From an uncultured Dehalogenimonas sp. (GTDB lineage: Bacteria; Chloroflexota; Dehalococcoidia; Dehalococcoidales; Dehalococcoidaceae): a stretch of DNA of 38,834 nt. Below the pieces are notes generated by a model. That model saw nothing but the letters and a program-made list of their open reading frames with translations. It had not been told where the DNA came from and did not search any database. How positions within the stretch are numbered: position 1 is the stretch's first letter; each line of letters opens with the position of its first letter. A program made the translations under genes and the position numbers. The DNA is taken from contig CAZGRY010000002.1 in assembly GCA_964528105.1 (NCBI GenBank), positions 1 to 38,834 of the forward strand. Reading direction: 5' to 3'. This document shows, in pieces, positions 16,800-26,335 of the stretch.

Positions 16800-16941
16800 A
16801 CACAAGGTAGCTTGTTTAACAAGCTCACGGGTGCAAGTCCGGTGAGAGTCCGGCACAGTCCCGCCTGCTGTAATCCCGATTTTCTCGGGAGAGTCAGAAC
16901 CCCGGCCTTGAACTAAGGTTCTCCGCGGAACAAGGAGGCGG
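16800..16941 (+). ncRNA. Cobalamin riboswitch (short form)
   Basis: caaggt/gccttg closing stem, ccgg-tgagagt-ccgg T-loop hairpin, acagt-cccgcct-gctgtaa, gagtcagaa B12-box-like segment, downstream ctcc-gcggaacaa-ggag hairpin able to kiss ccgc. Upstream of btuF. Confidence 0.88.
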
Positions 16942-17015
16942 ACATATGTATAACTCTGAATGACCAAGTACCCGGTCCCGGGAGCAAAACTAAATCTGAT
17001 TCAAGAGGAATACAT

Positions 17016-18041
17016 ATGAAACAACCGAATAATAACAGGGGTCTCCTGAACCGGTGTAAGGGTGGAATATTCTACGGCTTGCTAGCCACCGTTTTAACCT
17101 TAGGGCTGCTGCCCGGCTGCGCCGAAACGCCCCCCGGCGGCAGTGTTTCCATAGCCACGACAGCCCCAGCTACAACCCCGGCCGTAACCACCGACCCTCC
17201 AATCGTCTATCCTTTGACGATCAAGGACGGCACCGGCCGCGAGGTAACCTTAACCAAATCACCCCAGAAGATCGTCTCGCTGTCACCGAGCAACACTGAA
17301 ATCGTTTATGCACTGGGGTTGGGAGATAAACTGGTTGGGAACACCACCTATTGCGACTACCCAGTTGCGGCTAAGGATAAGCCCAAGGTCGGCGGCTACT
17401 CGACGGTGGAAGTCGAAAAGATCGTCGCCCTGCAGCCTGACTTGATTTTGGCCTCCAATATCCACATGTCTAAGGTGGTACCACAGTTGGCCGCTCTCAA
17501 CCTGCCGGTTTTCGTTCTTGATCCCAAGAACTTGCAAGATGTTCTGAACTCAATTACCCTGGCGGGTAAAGTAATGAACGCCCAGACCGCGGCGCGGGAC
17601 CTCGTCAAATCAATGACTGACCGCATCAACGCGGTCAAAGCCAAGACGGCGAATCTGCCCGATGCCCAGAAGTTCCGCACTTTGCTTCTCATCTGGCATG
17701 ACCCGCCGATGACCGTCGGCCCCAATACCTTCATCTATGAACTCATTACCTTGTCCGGCGGCGCCTCAGTGTCCAAGGGTATGGCAGACGGCTTCCCGAC
17801 CATGGGCCTGGAGTCTATCATCTCTTCCGACCCTCAGGTGGTAATCACCACCGGCATGGGCGGCGCTAATAACCTGACGCTACAATACGTCAATAGTGAA
17901 GCCCGACTTAAGGATATCCCGGCGCGAAGGGACGGTAGGGTTTATGAGGTAAACCAAGACCTGACCAACCGCATGGGCCCGCGGGTAGTTGACGGTCTGG
18001 AAGCAATGGCCAAATTGATCCATCCGGAGTTATTCAAATAG
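17016..18041 (+). CDS. btuF: Corrinoid ABC transporter substrate-binding lipoprotein
   Basis: Lipobox LLPGC, PQKIVSLSPSNTEI.YALG, VG.TTYCDYP, EKIVALQPDL, RMGPRVVDGLE. Under riboswitch control. Confidence 0.92.
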   Translation: MKQPNNNRGLLNRCKGGIFYGLLATVLTLGLLPGCAETPPGGSVSIATTAPATTPAVTTDPPIVYPLTIKDGTGREVTLTKSPQKIVSLSPSNTEIVYALGLGDKLVGNTTYCDYPVAAKDKPKVGGYSTVEVEKIVALQPDLILASNIHMSKVVPQLAALNLPVFVLDPKNLQDVLNSITLAGKVMNAQTAARDLVKSMTDRINAVKAKTANLPDAQKFRTLLLIWHDPPMTVGPNTFIYELITLSGGASVSKGMADGFPTMGLESIISSDPQVVITTGMGGANNLTLQYVNSEARLKDIPARRDGRVYEVNQDLTNRMGPRVVDGLEAMAKLIHPELFK

Positions 18042-18048
18042 AATCCTG

Positions 18049-18081
18049 AGCGAGGTGGTCCATCAGTTGGACCACCTCGCT
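18049..18081 (+). other. Intercistronic stem-loop (mRNA stabiliser or partial terminator) after btuF
   Basis: agcgaggtggtcca-tcagt-tggaccacctcgct: perfect 14-bp stem with only a weak T tail. Confidence 0.75.
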
Positions 18082-18083
18082 TA

Positions 18084-19178
18084 TTGATTAAGATGGTTTC
18101 TAACACACTCCCCCAACTCGACACCCGAAAAGCGGCACCGGGCCTGGCGATCAAGTGGCACACCCGCCTGATCACCATGGGCCTGCTACTGGCCGGTCTG
18201 TTTGTATTAGCCGCTTTCGCCACGACCATCGGCAGCGTCCAGGTGCCCCTCGGCACCACTTTCGGCATCTTATTAGACAAGCTACCATTCGTTGATATCA
18301 CGCAGAACTGGTCCGATTCGATGGAAACCATTGTCCTGCAGATAAGGCTACCGCGGGTCATCCTGGCGGGTGTCGTCGGCGTAGCTTTGGCGGTCGCCGG
18401 GGCGACCTATCAGGGGCTTTTCCGCAATCCCCTGGCCGATCCGTACCTTATCGGCGTAGCCCAAGGCGCGGCACTTGGAGCCGCCATCGGCTTCATCCTG
18501 CCGATTACCGCGCCTGACCTGGCTTTCAGCATTATCCCCATATTTGCAGCAATCGGGGCGCTGGTCACGGTGCTCATCGTCTACAGCCTGGCCCGGGTCG
18601 GTTCTTCGATTCCGGTGACCACTTTGATTCTAGCCGGGGTTGCCGTTGGCTCGCTCCTCATGGCCATGGTGTCCTATGTCATCACAATCAGCGGCGACAA
18701 GATCCAGGGTATCGTTTTCTGGATGATGGGCAGCTTCGCCCTGTCACAGTGGAGCGAAGTTGCCATCGCCGTGCCGGTGATACTTGCCGGCAGCGCTTTG
18801 ATCTTCATGTTCGCCAGGTCACTCAACATCATCCAGCTTGGAGAGGACCAGGCAAAGCAACTCGGCGTCGATGTCGAGAAACTGAAGCTGCTGCTCTTGA
18901 CCGCGGCGACCCTGATCACAGCAGCTGCGGTATCCTTCGTCGGCATCATCGGCTTTGTAGGTATCATTATTCCGCATGCGGTACGACTCATCTGGGGCGC
19001 CGATTACCGCTTCTTGCTACCTTTCTCGGCGCTGGTCGGGGCGACTTTTCTCATCGGCGCCGACATTGTGTCACGTACCGTTGCGCCTTCTGAAATACCG
19101 ATAGGCATCATCACCGCTGTATGCGGCGCGCCCTTCTTCCTGTATCTCCTGCGAAAACGGACCAAGGTGCTTTTTTAA
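18084..19178 (+). CDS. btuC: Corrinoid ABC transporter permease (FecCD family)
   Basis: IRLPRVILA, QGLFRNPLADPYLIGV, GIIGFVGIIIPH, EIPIGIITA. Start may be ATG 18093. Confidence 0.93.
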   Translation: MIKMVSNTLPQLDTRKAAPGLAIKWHTRLITMGLLLAGLFVLAAFATTIGSVQVPLGTTFGILLDKLPFVDITQNWSDSMETIVLQIRLPRVILAGVVGVALAVAGATYQGLFRNPLADPYLIGVAQGAALGAAIGFILPITAPDLAFSIIPIFAAIGALVTVLIVYSLARVGSSIPVTTLILAGVAVGSLLMAMVSYVITISGDKIQGIVFWMMGSFALSQWSEVAIAVPVILAGSALIFMFARSLNIIQLGEDQAKQLGVDVEKLKLLLLTAATLITAAAVSFVGIIGFVGIIIPHAVRLIWGADYRFLLPFSALVGATFLIGADIVSRTVAPSEIPIGIITAVCGAPFFLYLLRKRTKVLF

Positions 19179-19181
19179 AAT

Positions 19182-20000
19182 ATGCTGACTCTTGAGATAG
19201 AAAACATCGTTTTGGCGTATGGCGCCAAAGAGGTCGTCCATAACATGACCTTCAAGGCCGAGCCTGGCGAAATGGTTGGCCTGGTCGGGCCTAACGGCTC
19301 AGGCAAATCGACGATCATTAAAGCTTTGTGTCATGTGCTGCTTCCTAAGAGCGGTAGGGTTATGACCAACGGCAATGATATCGCCAACCTTTCCCGGCGG
19401 GACATGGCCAAGATGATCAGCGTGGTGCCGCAGACGCCGGTGCTGCCCAGCGCTTTCACCGCCTTCGAGATCGTGCTCATGGGCCGCAACCCGCACCTGG
19501 GTATGTTTCAGTATGAATCCAGCCGTGACCTGGCCATCGCCTGGCAGGCCATGGAACGCTGCGGGGTGCAACAGTTCGCTGAGCGTCGCATATCCGAACT
19601 GTCAGGCGGCGAGATCCAGAGCGTTGTTATCGCCCGGGCCCTGGCCCAGGAAACAGAGGGTATTCTGCTTGATGAGCCGACGGCTAACCTGGACATCGGG
19701 CGGCAGATCGAGGTGCTCGACCTGTTAAAAGAAGAGTGCCACCGCCGGCAGTTGACGATCATTGCCGCCATCCATGATTTGAACCTGGCGGCGCATTATT
19801 GCGAAAAACTAGTGCTTATTAAAAACGGGGGGTTGTATGCCTTCGGCAGCCCGCGCGAGGTGATCACCACTGAAAATATCTGCCACGTTTACGGCGCCGG
19901 CAGCTACGTGCATACCCACCCGTTGAGCGGTCTCCCGGCGGTGCTGCCCAAGGTCAGTAATTTGAAAGAAACAGAAAACTGCCCGGTCAAGGGAGTTTGA
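19182..20000 (+). CDS. btuD: Corrinoid ABC transporter ATPase
   Basis: GPNGSGKST, LSGGE, LLDEPTANLD, IHDLNLAA. Confidence 0.93.
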   Translation: MLTLEIENIVLAYGAKEVVHNMTFKAEPGEMVGLVGPNGSGKSTIIKALCHVLLPKSGRVMTNGNDIANLSRRDMAKMISVVPQTPVLPSAFTAFEIVLMGRNPHLGMFQYESSRDLAIAWQAMERCGVQQFAERRISELSGGEIQSVVIARALAQETEGILLDEPTANLDIGRQIEVLDLLKEECHRRQLTIIAAIHDLNLAAHYCEKLVLIKNGGLYAFGSPREVITTENICHVYGAGSYVHTHPLSGLPAVLPKVSNLKETENCPVKGV

Positions 20001-20001
20001 G

Positions 20002-20748
20002 ATGACTTCTGAAACGCGCTCCGAAATCCTGGGATGTTTCCACGGCGTCACGGCCGAGGTGATCCATCACAACATTTGGAACGTGCCTTCCAACGCGTTG
20101 CTGCTACACCTGCCGGAGCCACAGCGGACTTTGTCCGGTCTCCAGGGCTACCGCAAGGTCAACGTGGTCGCCAATTGCCACATACCTCAACCGCTCTGGA
20201 TGAAATTGCACGATCCCAAGGTTGACTGGAGGGTCTATTTCCGACAGATTCTCAAGTCGAGCGCAGTAGGCTGCAACCTATCGCTGGATAACGCTACGAT
20301 GCTGTCTACCGGAGTGACCATGGACCACCTTGCGTGGAACGAAACCACCGACGGGCAGCTGTGGGCCATGGCTTTTGTCACCGCCGGAGTGGAAGGTAAT
20401 GCTTTACGAGTCGGGGTTGATACCGGGCGCCACCACAACCCCGTTGGCACGATTAACACCATCGTCTTTTCCTGCGCCGAACTCACTCAGGCGGCGATGG
20501 CGGCGTCGTTCATCACCGTCACCGAGGCCAAAGTGGTTGCCATGGAAGACCTATGCATCAAGAGCGCATATAACCCTTCGCTTCAGGCTACGGGCACTGG
20601 CACCGACCAGATCGTCACGGTCTCCGGGAAATTGGAAAAGTGTACTTATGTCAGCGGACATACTAAAATAGGCGCGCTGATGGCCCGGGCGGTGACCGCC
20701 GCCACCAAGGATGCCATCACCAAAAGACGCAAAGCGCTATATTTATAG
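20002..20748 (+). CDS. cbiZ: Adenosylcobinamide amidohydrolase CbiZ
   Basis: FVTAGVEGNA, GTINTIV, ITVTEAK, ATGTGTDQI, GHTKIG. Operon context. Confidence 0.88.
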   Translation: MTSETRSEILGCFHGVTAEVIHHNIWNVPSNALLLHLPEPQRTLSGLQGYRKVNVVANCHIPQPLWMKLHDPKVDWRVYFRQILKSSAVGCNLSLDNATMLSTGVTMDHLAWNETTDGQLWAMAFVTAGVEGNALRVGVDTGRHHNPVGTINTIVFSCAELTQAAMAASFITVTEAKVVAMEDLCIKSAYNPSLQATGTGTDQIVTVSGKLEKCTYVSGHTKIGALMARAVTAATKDAITKRRKALYL

Positions 20749-20756
20749 GAGTCCAT

Positions 20757-21707
20757 TTGGACATAATCCTGATTCTTCTCGTCGCCCTGGCGGTTGAATT
20801 CACCGTCGGCGACCCGCCGAACGCCGTACATCCCGTCGCCTGGATTGGCAAGGCTATTTCGTTCTTCGAGCGGCTCGGGTTCATAGCCGGTAAGACCTAC
20901 CAATTCATCTATGGCGCGCTCATTACCGTCGTATTGGCCCTTGCAGTATTCACGGCGGCTTTATTTCTCGTCGACTGGCTGAAAGACATCAACTATTGGT
21001 TATATATTATTGTCGCCGGCATCCTTTTAAAGATGACCTTCAGTTTTGTCTATCTCCGTAAGACGGCGCTGCATATCAAACAGCTAATCGAACGAGATGA
21101 AACCCTCGACCAGGCGCGTTTTGAGCTGCGGGCGCTGGTCAGCCGCAATACCTCCAAACTTTCACGGCCGTATCTGGTCTCAGCCACAGTTGAATCGGTC
21201 TCGGAAAGCTTGTGCGACAGCCTGGTGTCGCCGCTGTTCTTCTTCGTCACTGCCAGCCTGTTCGGACCGTTCGGCTTGCCGGCCGCATTCGCCTTCCGTG
21301 TCGTCAGCACCTTCGATAGCATGATCGGCTACCACGGAAAATACGAATATCTGGGCAAATTCCCAGCCCGACTTGATGACGTCTTGAATTACATCCCAGC
21401 GCGGCTATCGGCTCTGGTGGTCATCATCGGTGCGTGGCTCACCAAAATGGGAGCCAAACGCACCTGGCAAATTGCCAAGGTCGACCACCTGAAAACCGAA
21501 AGCCCCAACGCCGGCTGGCCGATGGCGGCGGCGGCCGGGGCCTTAAGAGTCCAATTTGAGAAGGTCGACCATTACCGCCTCGGCAGAGCTGACAGGCCGA
21601 TGACTCCCGAGGTGGTCGACGATTCTTTGCGGCTGATCAACAGCGCTACCTTCGTCTGGTTCATCATTTGTTTCGCGGTCGGAGGGCTGATAATTGCTAT
21701 CGCCTAG
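20757..21707 (+). CDS. cbiB: Adenosylcobinamide-phosphate synthase CbiB
   Basis: GDPP...HPVAWIG, LVSRNT, DSMIGY, ARLDDVLNYIPARL, SPNAGWPMAA. Confidence 0.95.
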   Translation: MDIILILLVALAVEFTVGDPPNAVHPVAWIGKAISFFERLGFIAGKTYQFIYGALITVVLALAVFTAALFLVDWLKDINYWLYIIVAGILLKMTFSFVYLRKTALHIKQLIERDETLDQARFELRALVSRNTSKLSRPYLVSATVESVSESLCDSLVSPLFFFVTASLFGPFGLPAAFAFRVVSTFDSMIGYHGKYEYLGKFPARLDDVLNYIPARLSALVVIIGAWLTKMGAKRTWQIAKVDHLKTESPNAGWPMAAAAGALRVQFEKVDHYRLGRADRPMTPEVVDDSLRLINSATFVWFIICFAVGGLIIAIA

Positions 21708-22812
21708 AACCGAGATCACCGCACTTTCGAGTTGCTATCACGGCGGTCCGAACTACACCGAATTCGAACGCTTGGGCATCAGACCCGAAGACGTGCTGGA
21801 TTTCAGTTCCAACTCCAACCCTTATCCTTTCAAACTTGAGTTTGCCCTCGATGATGTTGTAATCGACCACTACCCGGATTCGGATTCCACCCAGGTACGT
21901 CGAATCATCGCCGCCCAAAACGATCTGGTTACCGATAATGTCATCGTCGGTAGCGGCAGCATGGAGATTATCCGGCTTATCACCCAAGCCTATTTCAACG
22001 CCGGTGATAAAGTACTCATTCTGAAACCCACTTTTGGAGAATACGAGCAGGGCTGCCGGATTGCCGGAGCCGAAGTCATTGAACTATGGGCTGAAGAAAA
22101 TGACGATTTCAGATTCGACACCAACCGCTGCGTTAACGCGATATCGAGTATCAGACCGAAGGCGGTATTTATCTGCAATCCGAATAATCCGACCGGGCAA
22201 TATCTTTCCAGAACCGAAATCCAAACGATCATAACGGCCGCGGGCGACGGTTTGGTTGTCCTGGACGAAGCGTACATTGCTTTTACCGACGATGCCTGGA
22301 AATCGGTCGACCTGATTTCAAAGGGCAACCTGATCATCGTGCGCAGCATGACCAAGGACTTTGCGCTGGCTGGTCTGCGCCTTGGGTACGGATTGGCCCA
22401 CCCAAATATCATCGAAAACCTGTGCAAGGTCAAGCCACCGTGGAACGTCAACGCTGTCGCTCAACGCGCTGGTGTTCAGGCGTTAAATGACGGCGCCTAT
22501 CTCAAACGTAGCGACCGCCTGATACGGCAGAACCGCGAATACCTGGTGGCAGAATTCAGCTCGATGGGATTCAAGATCAACTCGACACGCACCAATTTCT
22601 TTTTAATGAAAGTCGGCCGAGCGAAAGAATTTCGGGCGGCGCTGATGAAACAGGGAATTATTGCCCGCGACTGCACCTCGTTCGGGCTGCCGGAATATGT
22701 CCGCATCGCGCCGCGAACCTTGCCGGAATGCAAACGCCTGGTGACGGCGGTCAAGGCAACGGGCTGGAGCTTTTCGATAGCACAAAATAGGTGTTTGGCG
22801 AAGGAGTCGTAA
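21694..22812 (+). CDS. cobD: L-threonine-O-3-phosphate decarboxylase CobD (PLP class I/II)
   Basis: HGG, DFSSNSNP, HYPD, CNPNNPTG, LDEAY, RSMTKDFALAGLRLGY. Position in the cob operon favours CobD over HisC. Confidence 0.85.
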   Translation: MLSPRTEITALSSCYHGGPNYTEFERLGIRPEDVLDFSSNSNPYPFKLEFALDDVVIDHYPDSDSTQVRRIIAAQNDLVTDNVIVGSGSMEIIRLITQAYFNAGDKVLILKPTFGEYEQGCRIAGAEVIELWAEENDDFRFDTNRCVNAISSIRPKAVFICNPNNPTGQYLSRTEIQTIITAAGDGLVVLDEAYIAFTDDAWKSVDLISKGNLIIVRSMTKDFALAGLRLGYGLAHPNIIENLCKVKPPWNVNAVAQRAGVQALNDGAYLKRSDRLIRQNREYLVAEFSSMGFKINSTRTNFFLMKVGRAKEFRAALMKQGIIARDCTSFGLPEYVRIAPRTLPECKRLVTAVKATGWSFSIAQNRCLAKES

Positions 22813-22813
22813 G

Positions 22814-23875
22814 ATGTCGGAACTGCTCAAGAAGATTATCGCATCGATCAAACCCTTGGACAAGGTAGCCATGGAGAAGGCGGCGGCGCGCCAGGATATG
22901 CTGACTAAACCCCAGGGGGCGCTCGGCCGCCTGGAGGAGATATCCATCAGGCTCGCGGGTATCCAGCGCAAAGCCATGCCGGTGATCAAAAACAAAGCCA
23001 TCATCACTATGGCCGGGGATCATGGCGTGGTTGCTGAAAAAGTGGGCAATTACCCGCAGGAGGTCACCCCGCAGATGGTATTGAACTTCGTCCGCGGCGG
23101 CGCTGCCATCAACGTCATCTCGCGGCAGGTTGGAGCTCGCGTAATCGTGGTCAACATGGGTGTCGCCGGGGATCTCCCGAATGATATTCCGGTGGTCGAT
23201 AAACTCGTTGCCAAGGGGACCAAAAACATCGCTAAAGGACCGGCAATGACCGAAGCCCAGGCGATCAAGTCCATCGAAGCCGGCATCGAAGTTGTCAACG
23301 CCGAGATCGATAAAGGCCTGGACATCGTCGGCACAGGCGATATGGGCATTGGCAATACCACGCCTTCCGCGGCGATCTGCGCCGTCATGACGGGGCAGCC
23401 GGTGGCCAAGGTAACGGGCCGCGGCACCGGTCTCACCGATGAGCAATTGCATCATAAGATTGAAGTTATCGAAAAGGCTATTGCCGTGAATAAGGCCGAT
23501 CCGAAAAACGGACTTGATGTCCTGGCAAAGCTCGGCGGTTTTGAAATCGGCGGCATCGCCGGGGTCATCCTGGGAGCGGCTGCCCGCGGCGTGCCGGTGG
23601 TGGTCGACGGATTCATATCTGGTGCCGGCGCTCTGATTGCGGAAGCTATCGCGCCGCAGTCCCGGGAATATATGTTCCTGGGACACCTCTCGGTGGAACC
23701 GGGACATAAAATCATGGCAGACAAACTCGGGTTGAAACCGATCGTGACCCTAGACCTGCGGCTTGGCGAAGGCACAGGGGCGGCCATCGGCATCTTCATC
23801 GCCGAGACATCGACCAGGCTCTTGGCTGAAATGGCCACCTTCGGCGAAGCCGGCGTTTCCGAAAAAGAAGGTTAA
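22814..23875 (+). CDS. cobT: Nicotinate-nucleotide--dimethylbenzimidazole phosphoribosyltransferase
   Basis: LTKPQGALGRLE, AGDHGV, GDMGIGNTT, GRGTG, VDGFI, LRLGEGTGA. Confidence 0.97.
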   Translation: MSELLKKIIASIKPLDKVAMEKAAARQDMLTKPQGALGRLEEISIRLAGIQRKAMPVIKNKAIITMAGDHGVVAEKVGNYPQEVTPQMVLNFVRGGAAINVISRQVGARVIVVNMGVAGDLPNDIPVVDKLVAKGTKNIAKGPAMTEAQAIKSIEAGIEVVNAEIDKGLDIVGTGDMGIGNTTPSAAICAVMTGQPVAKVTGRGTGLTDEQLHHKIEVIEKAIAVNKADPKNGLDVLAKLGGFEIGGIAGVILGAAARGVPVVVDGFISGAGALIAEAIAPQSREYMFLGHLSVEPGHKIMADKLGLKPIVTLDLRLGEGTGAAIGIFIAETSTRLLAEMATFGEAGVSEKEG

Positions 23876-23911
23876 TCCTCCTTTTTCGAGGTTGGAGAAG
23901 CAAGACACAAT

Positions 23912-24679
23912 ATGATGTCATTCCTTGCGGCTTTTCGTTTTCTTACCAGTATTTCCATTCCGGTGATGCGGGAAGACTGGAACCGCCCGTTAACGCAGCA
24001 GCAATTTGCTCGATCACTAGTCTACTATCCCCTGGTAGGGTTGATCCTCGGCGGTGTGCTGTGCGCACTGTACTGGGTATTTTCTAACTTGCTGCCATTG
24101 CTTCTCGCCGATGCGCTCATTATCGGCACGCTAGCATATATGACCGGGGCGCTGCACCTGGACGGGTTGATTGACACCTTCGACGGACTCGCCGGGGGGC
24201 ATAAATCGCCGGAACGCCGTTTACAGATAATGAAGACGCCTGACGTTGGCGCTGTGGGTGCGGTAGCCGGCATTGTGGTTATACTGTTGCAATTCGCAGC
24301 GCTTTCAAGCGTCCCCCAAAGCCATATCTACGTTGCCCTGATCCTGATGCCTGTATTATCACGGTGGGCGATGGCTTATGCCGTCTTCCGCTATCCGTAC
24401 GGCAGGGAAAGCGGCATGGGGCAGGCGCTGAAAAGCGGTTCCAACAGATGGGTGCTGCTGATCGCCAGCGTTACCGCCCTAATTTTCGCCGTTATCGCAG
24501 GCGGCTGGTTGGGCATTATTTCGATGGCAGCGATCTGGGTGCTGACAGTCGGGTTGGCGCAGTTCTTTCGCAGCAAGTTCAATGGACTGACTGGCGATAC
24601 CTACGGGGCCATCAACGAGATCACCGAGTTTACCGTGCTCCTTTTGGTCGTATTATTCTCTTTCAACAACTGGCTCTAA
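23912..24679 (+). CDS. cobS: Adenosylcobinamide-GDP ribazoletransferase (cobalamin synthase)
   Basis: FLT, TGALHLDGLIDTFDGL, IMK, GLTGDTYGA..E. Polytopic membrane protein. Confidence 0.96.
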   Translation: MMSFLAAFRFLTSISIPVMREDWNRPLTQQQFARSLVYYPLVGLILGGVLCALYWVFSNLLPLLLADALIIGTLAYMTGALHLDGLIDTFDGLAGGHKSPERRLQIMKTPDVGAVGAVAGIVVILLQFAALSSVPQSHIYVALILMPVLSRWAMAYAVFRYPYGRESGMGQALKSGSNRWVLLIASVTALIFAVIAGGWLGIISMAAIWVLTVGLAQFFRSKFNGLTGDTYGAINEITEFTVLLLVVLFSFNNWL

Positions 24680-24690
24680 AGGAATACCGA

Positions 24691-25296
24691 GTGCGACTTA
24701 TCCTGATTCGACACGGCAAGACCGCTACCGACAACCCGGAAAAATGCCACGGATTTTCCGATATCGACCTTTCCGAGCAAGGTTATCGGCAGGCCGAGCA
24801 ACTGGCCGAGCGTTTTAAGTCAGAGAAGATCGACGCCATCTACGGAAGCACTCTTAAAAGGGGAGCCGTAACGGCTGAGATCATCGCTGCGGCGCATGGG
24901 TTGAAGGTTATCAATGCCCCCGAGCTGAACGAGGTAAATTTCGGTCAGATCGAAGGCATCACCTTTGAACAAGCTTGCGGGTTGTTTCCCGACGTTACCG
25001 AGCTTTGGCGCTGCGGTAGCACCAAACTGTGTTTTCCGATGGGAGAGACGTTCCTGGAATTTGCCGCCAGGGTTAACACGTTTCTCGCCCGGTTGAGAAA
25101 CCATGGTGACGAAGATACCATAATGGTAGTAGGTCACGGCGGGCCATACAAGGTGCTGGCGTGCAGCCTGCTCGGCCTACCGCTGGAGCACTACTGGCAG
25201 TTCCGGTTTGGCATGGCCTCGGTCAGCGTCATCGATATTTTCCCCAACGGCGCGATATTGGATAAACTAAGCGATGTGTCACACTTGACCCGCTAG
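24691..25296 (+). CDS. cobC: Alpha-ribazole phosphatase (histidine phosphatase family)
   Basis: GTG start after AAGGA. LIRHG, LNEVNFG..EG, VVGHGG. The longer 24364 ORF extension overlaps cobS and is not supported. Confidence 0.9.
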   Translation: MRLILIRHGKTATDNPEKCHGFSDIDLSEQGYRQAEQLAERFKSEKIDAIYGSTLKRGAVTAEIIAAAHGLKVINAPELNEVNFGQIEGITFEQACGLFPDVTELWRCGSTKLCFPMGETFLEFAARVNTFLARLRNHGDEDTIMVVGHGGPYKVLACSLLGLPLEHYWQFRFGMASVSVIDIFPNGAILDKLSDVSHLTR

Positions 25297-25309
25297 CAAG
25301 GAATTGTGA

Positions 25310-25873
25310 TTGGAGCGAAAGACAGTTCTACTCATTGGTGGCGCCCGGAGCGGTAAAAGCAGCTATGCTGAAGAGATGGCACGTAATATCGGCGGCGAAG
25401 TGCTTTTTGTAGCCACGGCCGAAGCGCGGGACGAAGAGATGCGCCGCCGCATCGAGGTGCACCAGAAATCCCGGCCCTCGCACTGGCACACTCTCGAAGC
25501 TCCTTGCCGGGTGGGAAGCTGCATCTCAGCTGATGCCCGCGAACTCGACGTGGTAGTCCTCGATTGCATCACCTTACTCGTTAACAACGTCCTTTGCCAG
25601 CACATGGCTACACAGGGTGAAGAGGTCGACGAAAAGGCTGTAGAGCAGGACGTAAAAGCAGAAATCAACGCGGTTATCGATTGCATGAGGAACAGCAAGG
25701 CGACCTACATCATGGTCACCAATGAAGTCGGCGAGGGGATCATCCCGCTCGGCGCAACCACTCGCATCTACCGCGACGTCCTTGGAAGGGCCAACCAGAT
25801 GCTGGCACGGGCAGTCGATGAAGTGTATTTGATGGTGGCTGGGATACCGCTGAGAGTTAAACCTCAAAGCTAG
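25310..25873 (+). CDS. cobU: Bifunctional adenosylcobinamide kinase/guanylyltransferase
   Basis: GGARSGKSSYAE, ATA...DEEM..RI..H, LDCITL, VTNEVG.GI, LGRANQ, MVAGIP. Confidence 0.96.
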   Translation: MERKTVLLIGGARSGKSSYAEEMARNIGGEVLFVATAEARDEEMRRRIEVHQKSRPSHWHTLEAPCRVGSCISADARELDVVVLDCITLLVNNVLCQHMATQGEEVDEKAVEQDVKAEINAVIDCMRNSKATYIMVTNEVGEGIIPLGATTRIYRDVLGRANQMLARAVDEVYLMVAGIPLRVKPQS

Positions 25874-25903
25874 GGAACGACCAGTCGACAAAATACTGGG
25901 GAT

Positions 25904-25942
25904 AATGAAAAGAGGCGACTCGATCCGAGCCGCCTCTTCATT
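25904..25942. terminator. Probable bidirectional terminator between convergent cobU and trxA
   Basis: aatgaaaagaggcgactcg-atc-cgagccgcctcttcatt hairpin. Confidence 0.7.
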
Positions 25943-25956
25943 GTATCTGTACGGTT

Positions 25957-26274
25957 TTAGAGCAGTTTATCGATCTTGGCCTGGAGCGCGCTCTCCGGCA
26001 CAGCTCCAACGACGGTTTCAGCCACCTTCCCATCCTTGAAGAACATCAGGGTCGGGATTGACATAACGCGATATGTCCCGGCAGTCTTCTGGTTATTGTC
26101 CACATTTATTTTGCAGAATTTGAACTTCTCTTTGTGTTTCTCTTCCAGTTTATCGACAATGGGGGCAACCATCCGGCAGGGACCGCACCACGGCGCCCAG
26201 AAATCTACCAGGACCGGTAGCTTGGATTTCATTACCTCGGCGTCAAAAGTATCATCGGTAACTTCCAGGGGCAT
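25957..26274 (-). CDS. trxA: Thioredoxin
   Basis: VDFWAPWCGPC, SIPTL. SD GAGGTG. Confidence 0.97.
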   Translation of the reverse strand: MPLEVTDDTFDAEVMKSKLPVLVDFWAPWCGPCRMVAPIVDKLEEKHKEKFKFCKINVDNNQKTAGTYRVMSIPTLMFFKDGKVAETVVGAVPESALQAKIDKLL

Positions 26275-26286
26275 AGCTCACCTCTC

Positions 26287-26332
26287 TTGTAGACTATTCT
26301 ACAATAGTAACCTGTTGCCGGAGATAGGTCAA
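26287..26332 (-). promoter_or_regulatory. trxA promoter with palindromic operator candidate
   Basis: Minus strand TTGACC(26332-26327)-17 nt-TACTAT(26309-26304). Inverted repeat TTGTAGA-ctat-TCTACAA at 26287-26304. Confidence 0.65.
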
Positions 26333-26335
26333 TAG

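Noticed and set aside
21694-22812. Annotation as hisC
   Set aside because: Same fold, but the overlap with cbiB and the position inside the cob operon favour CobD.
22751-23707. 318-aa antisense ORF (and similar shadow ORFs, e.g. 34547-35356)
   Set aside because: Antisense to well-conserved genes, no motifs; expected from GC-rich codon bias.
24364-24690. N-terminal extension of the 310-aa cobC ORF
   Set aside because: Overlaps cobS in another frame. The phosphatase domain starts at GTG 24691 after an SD.
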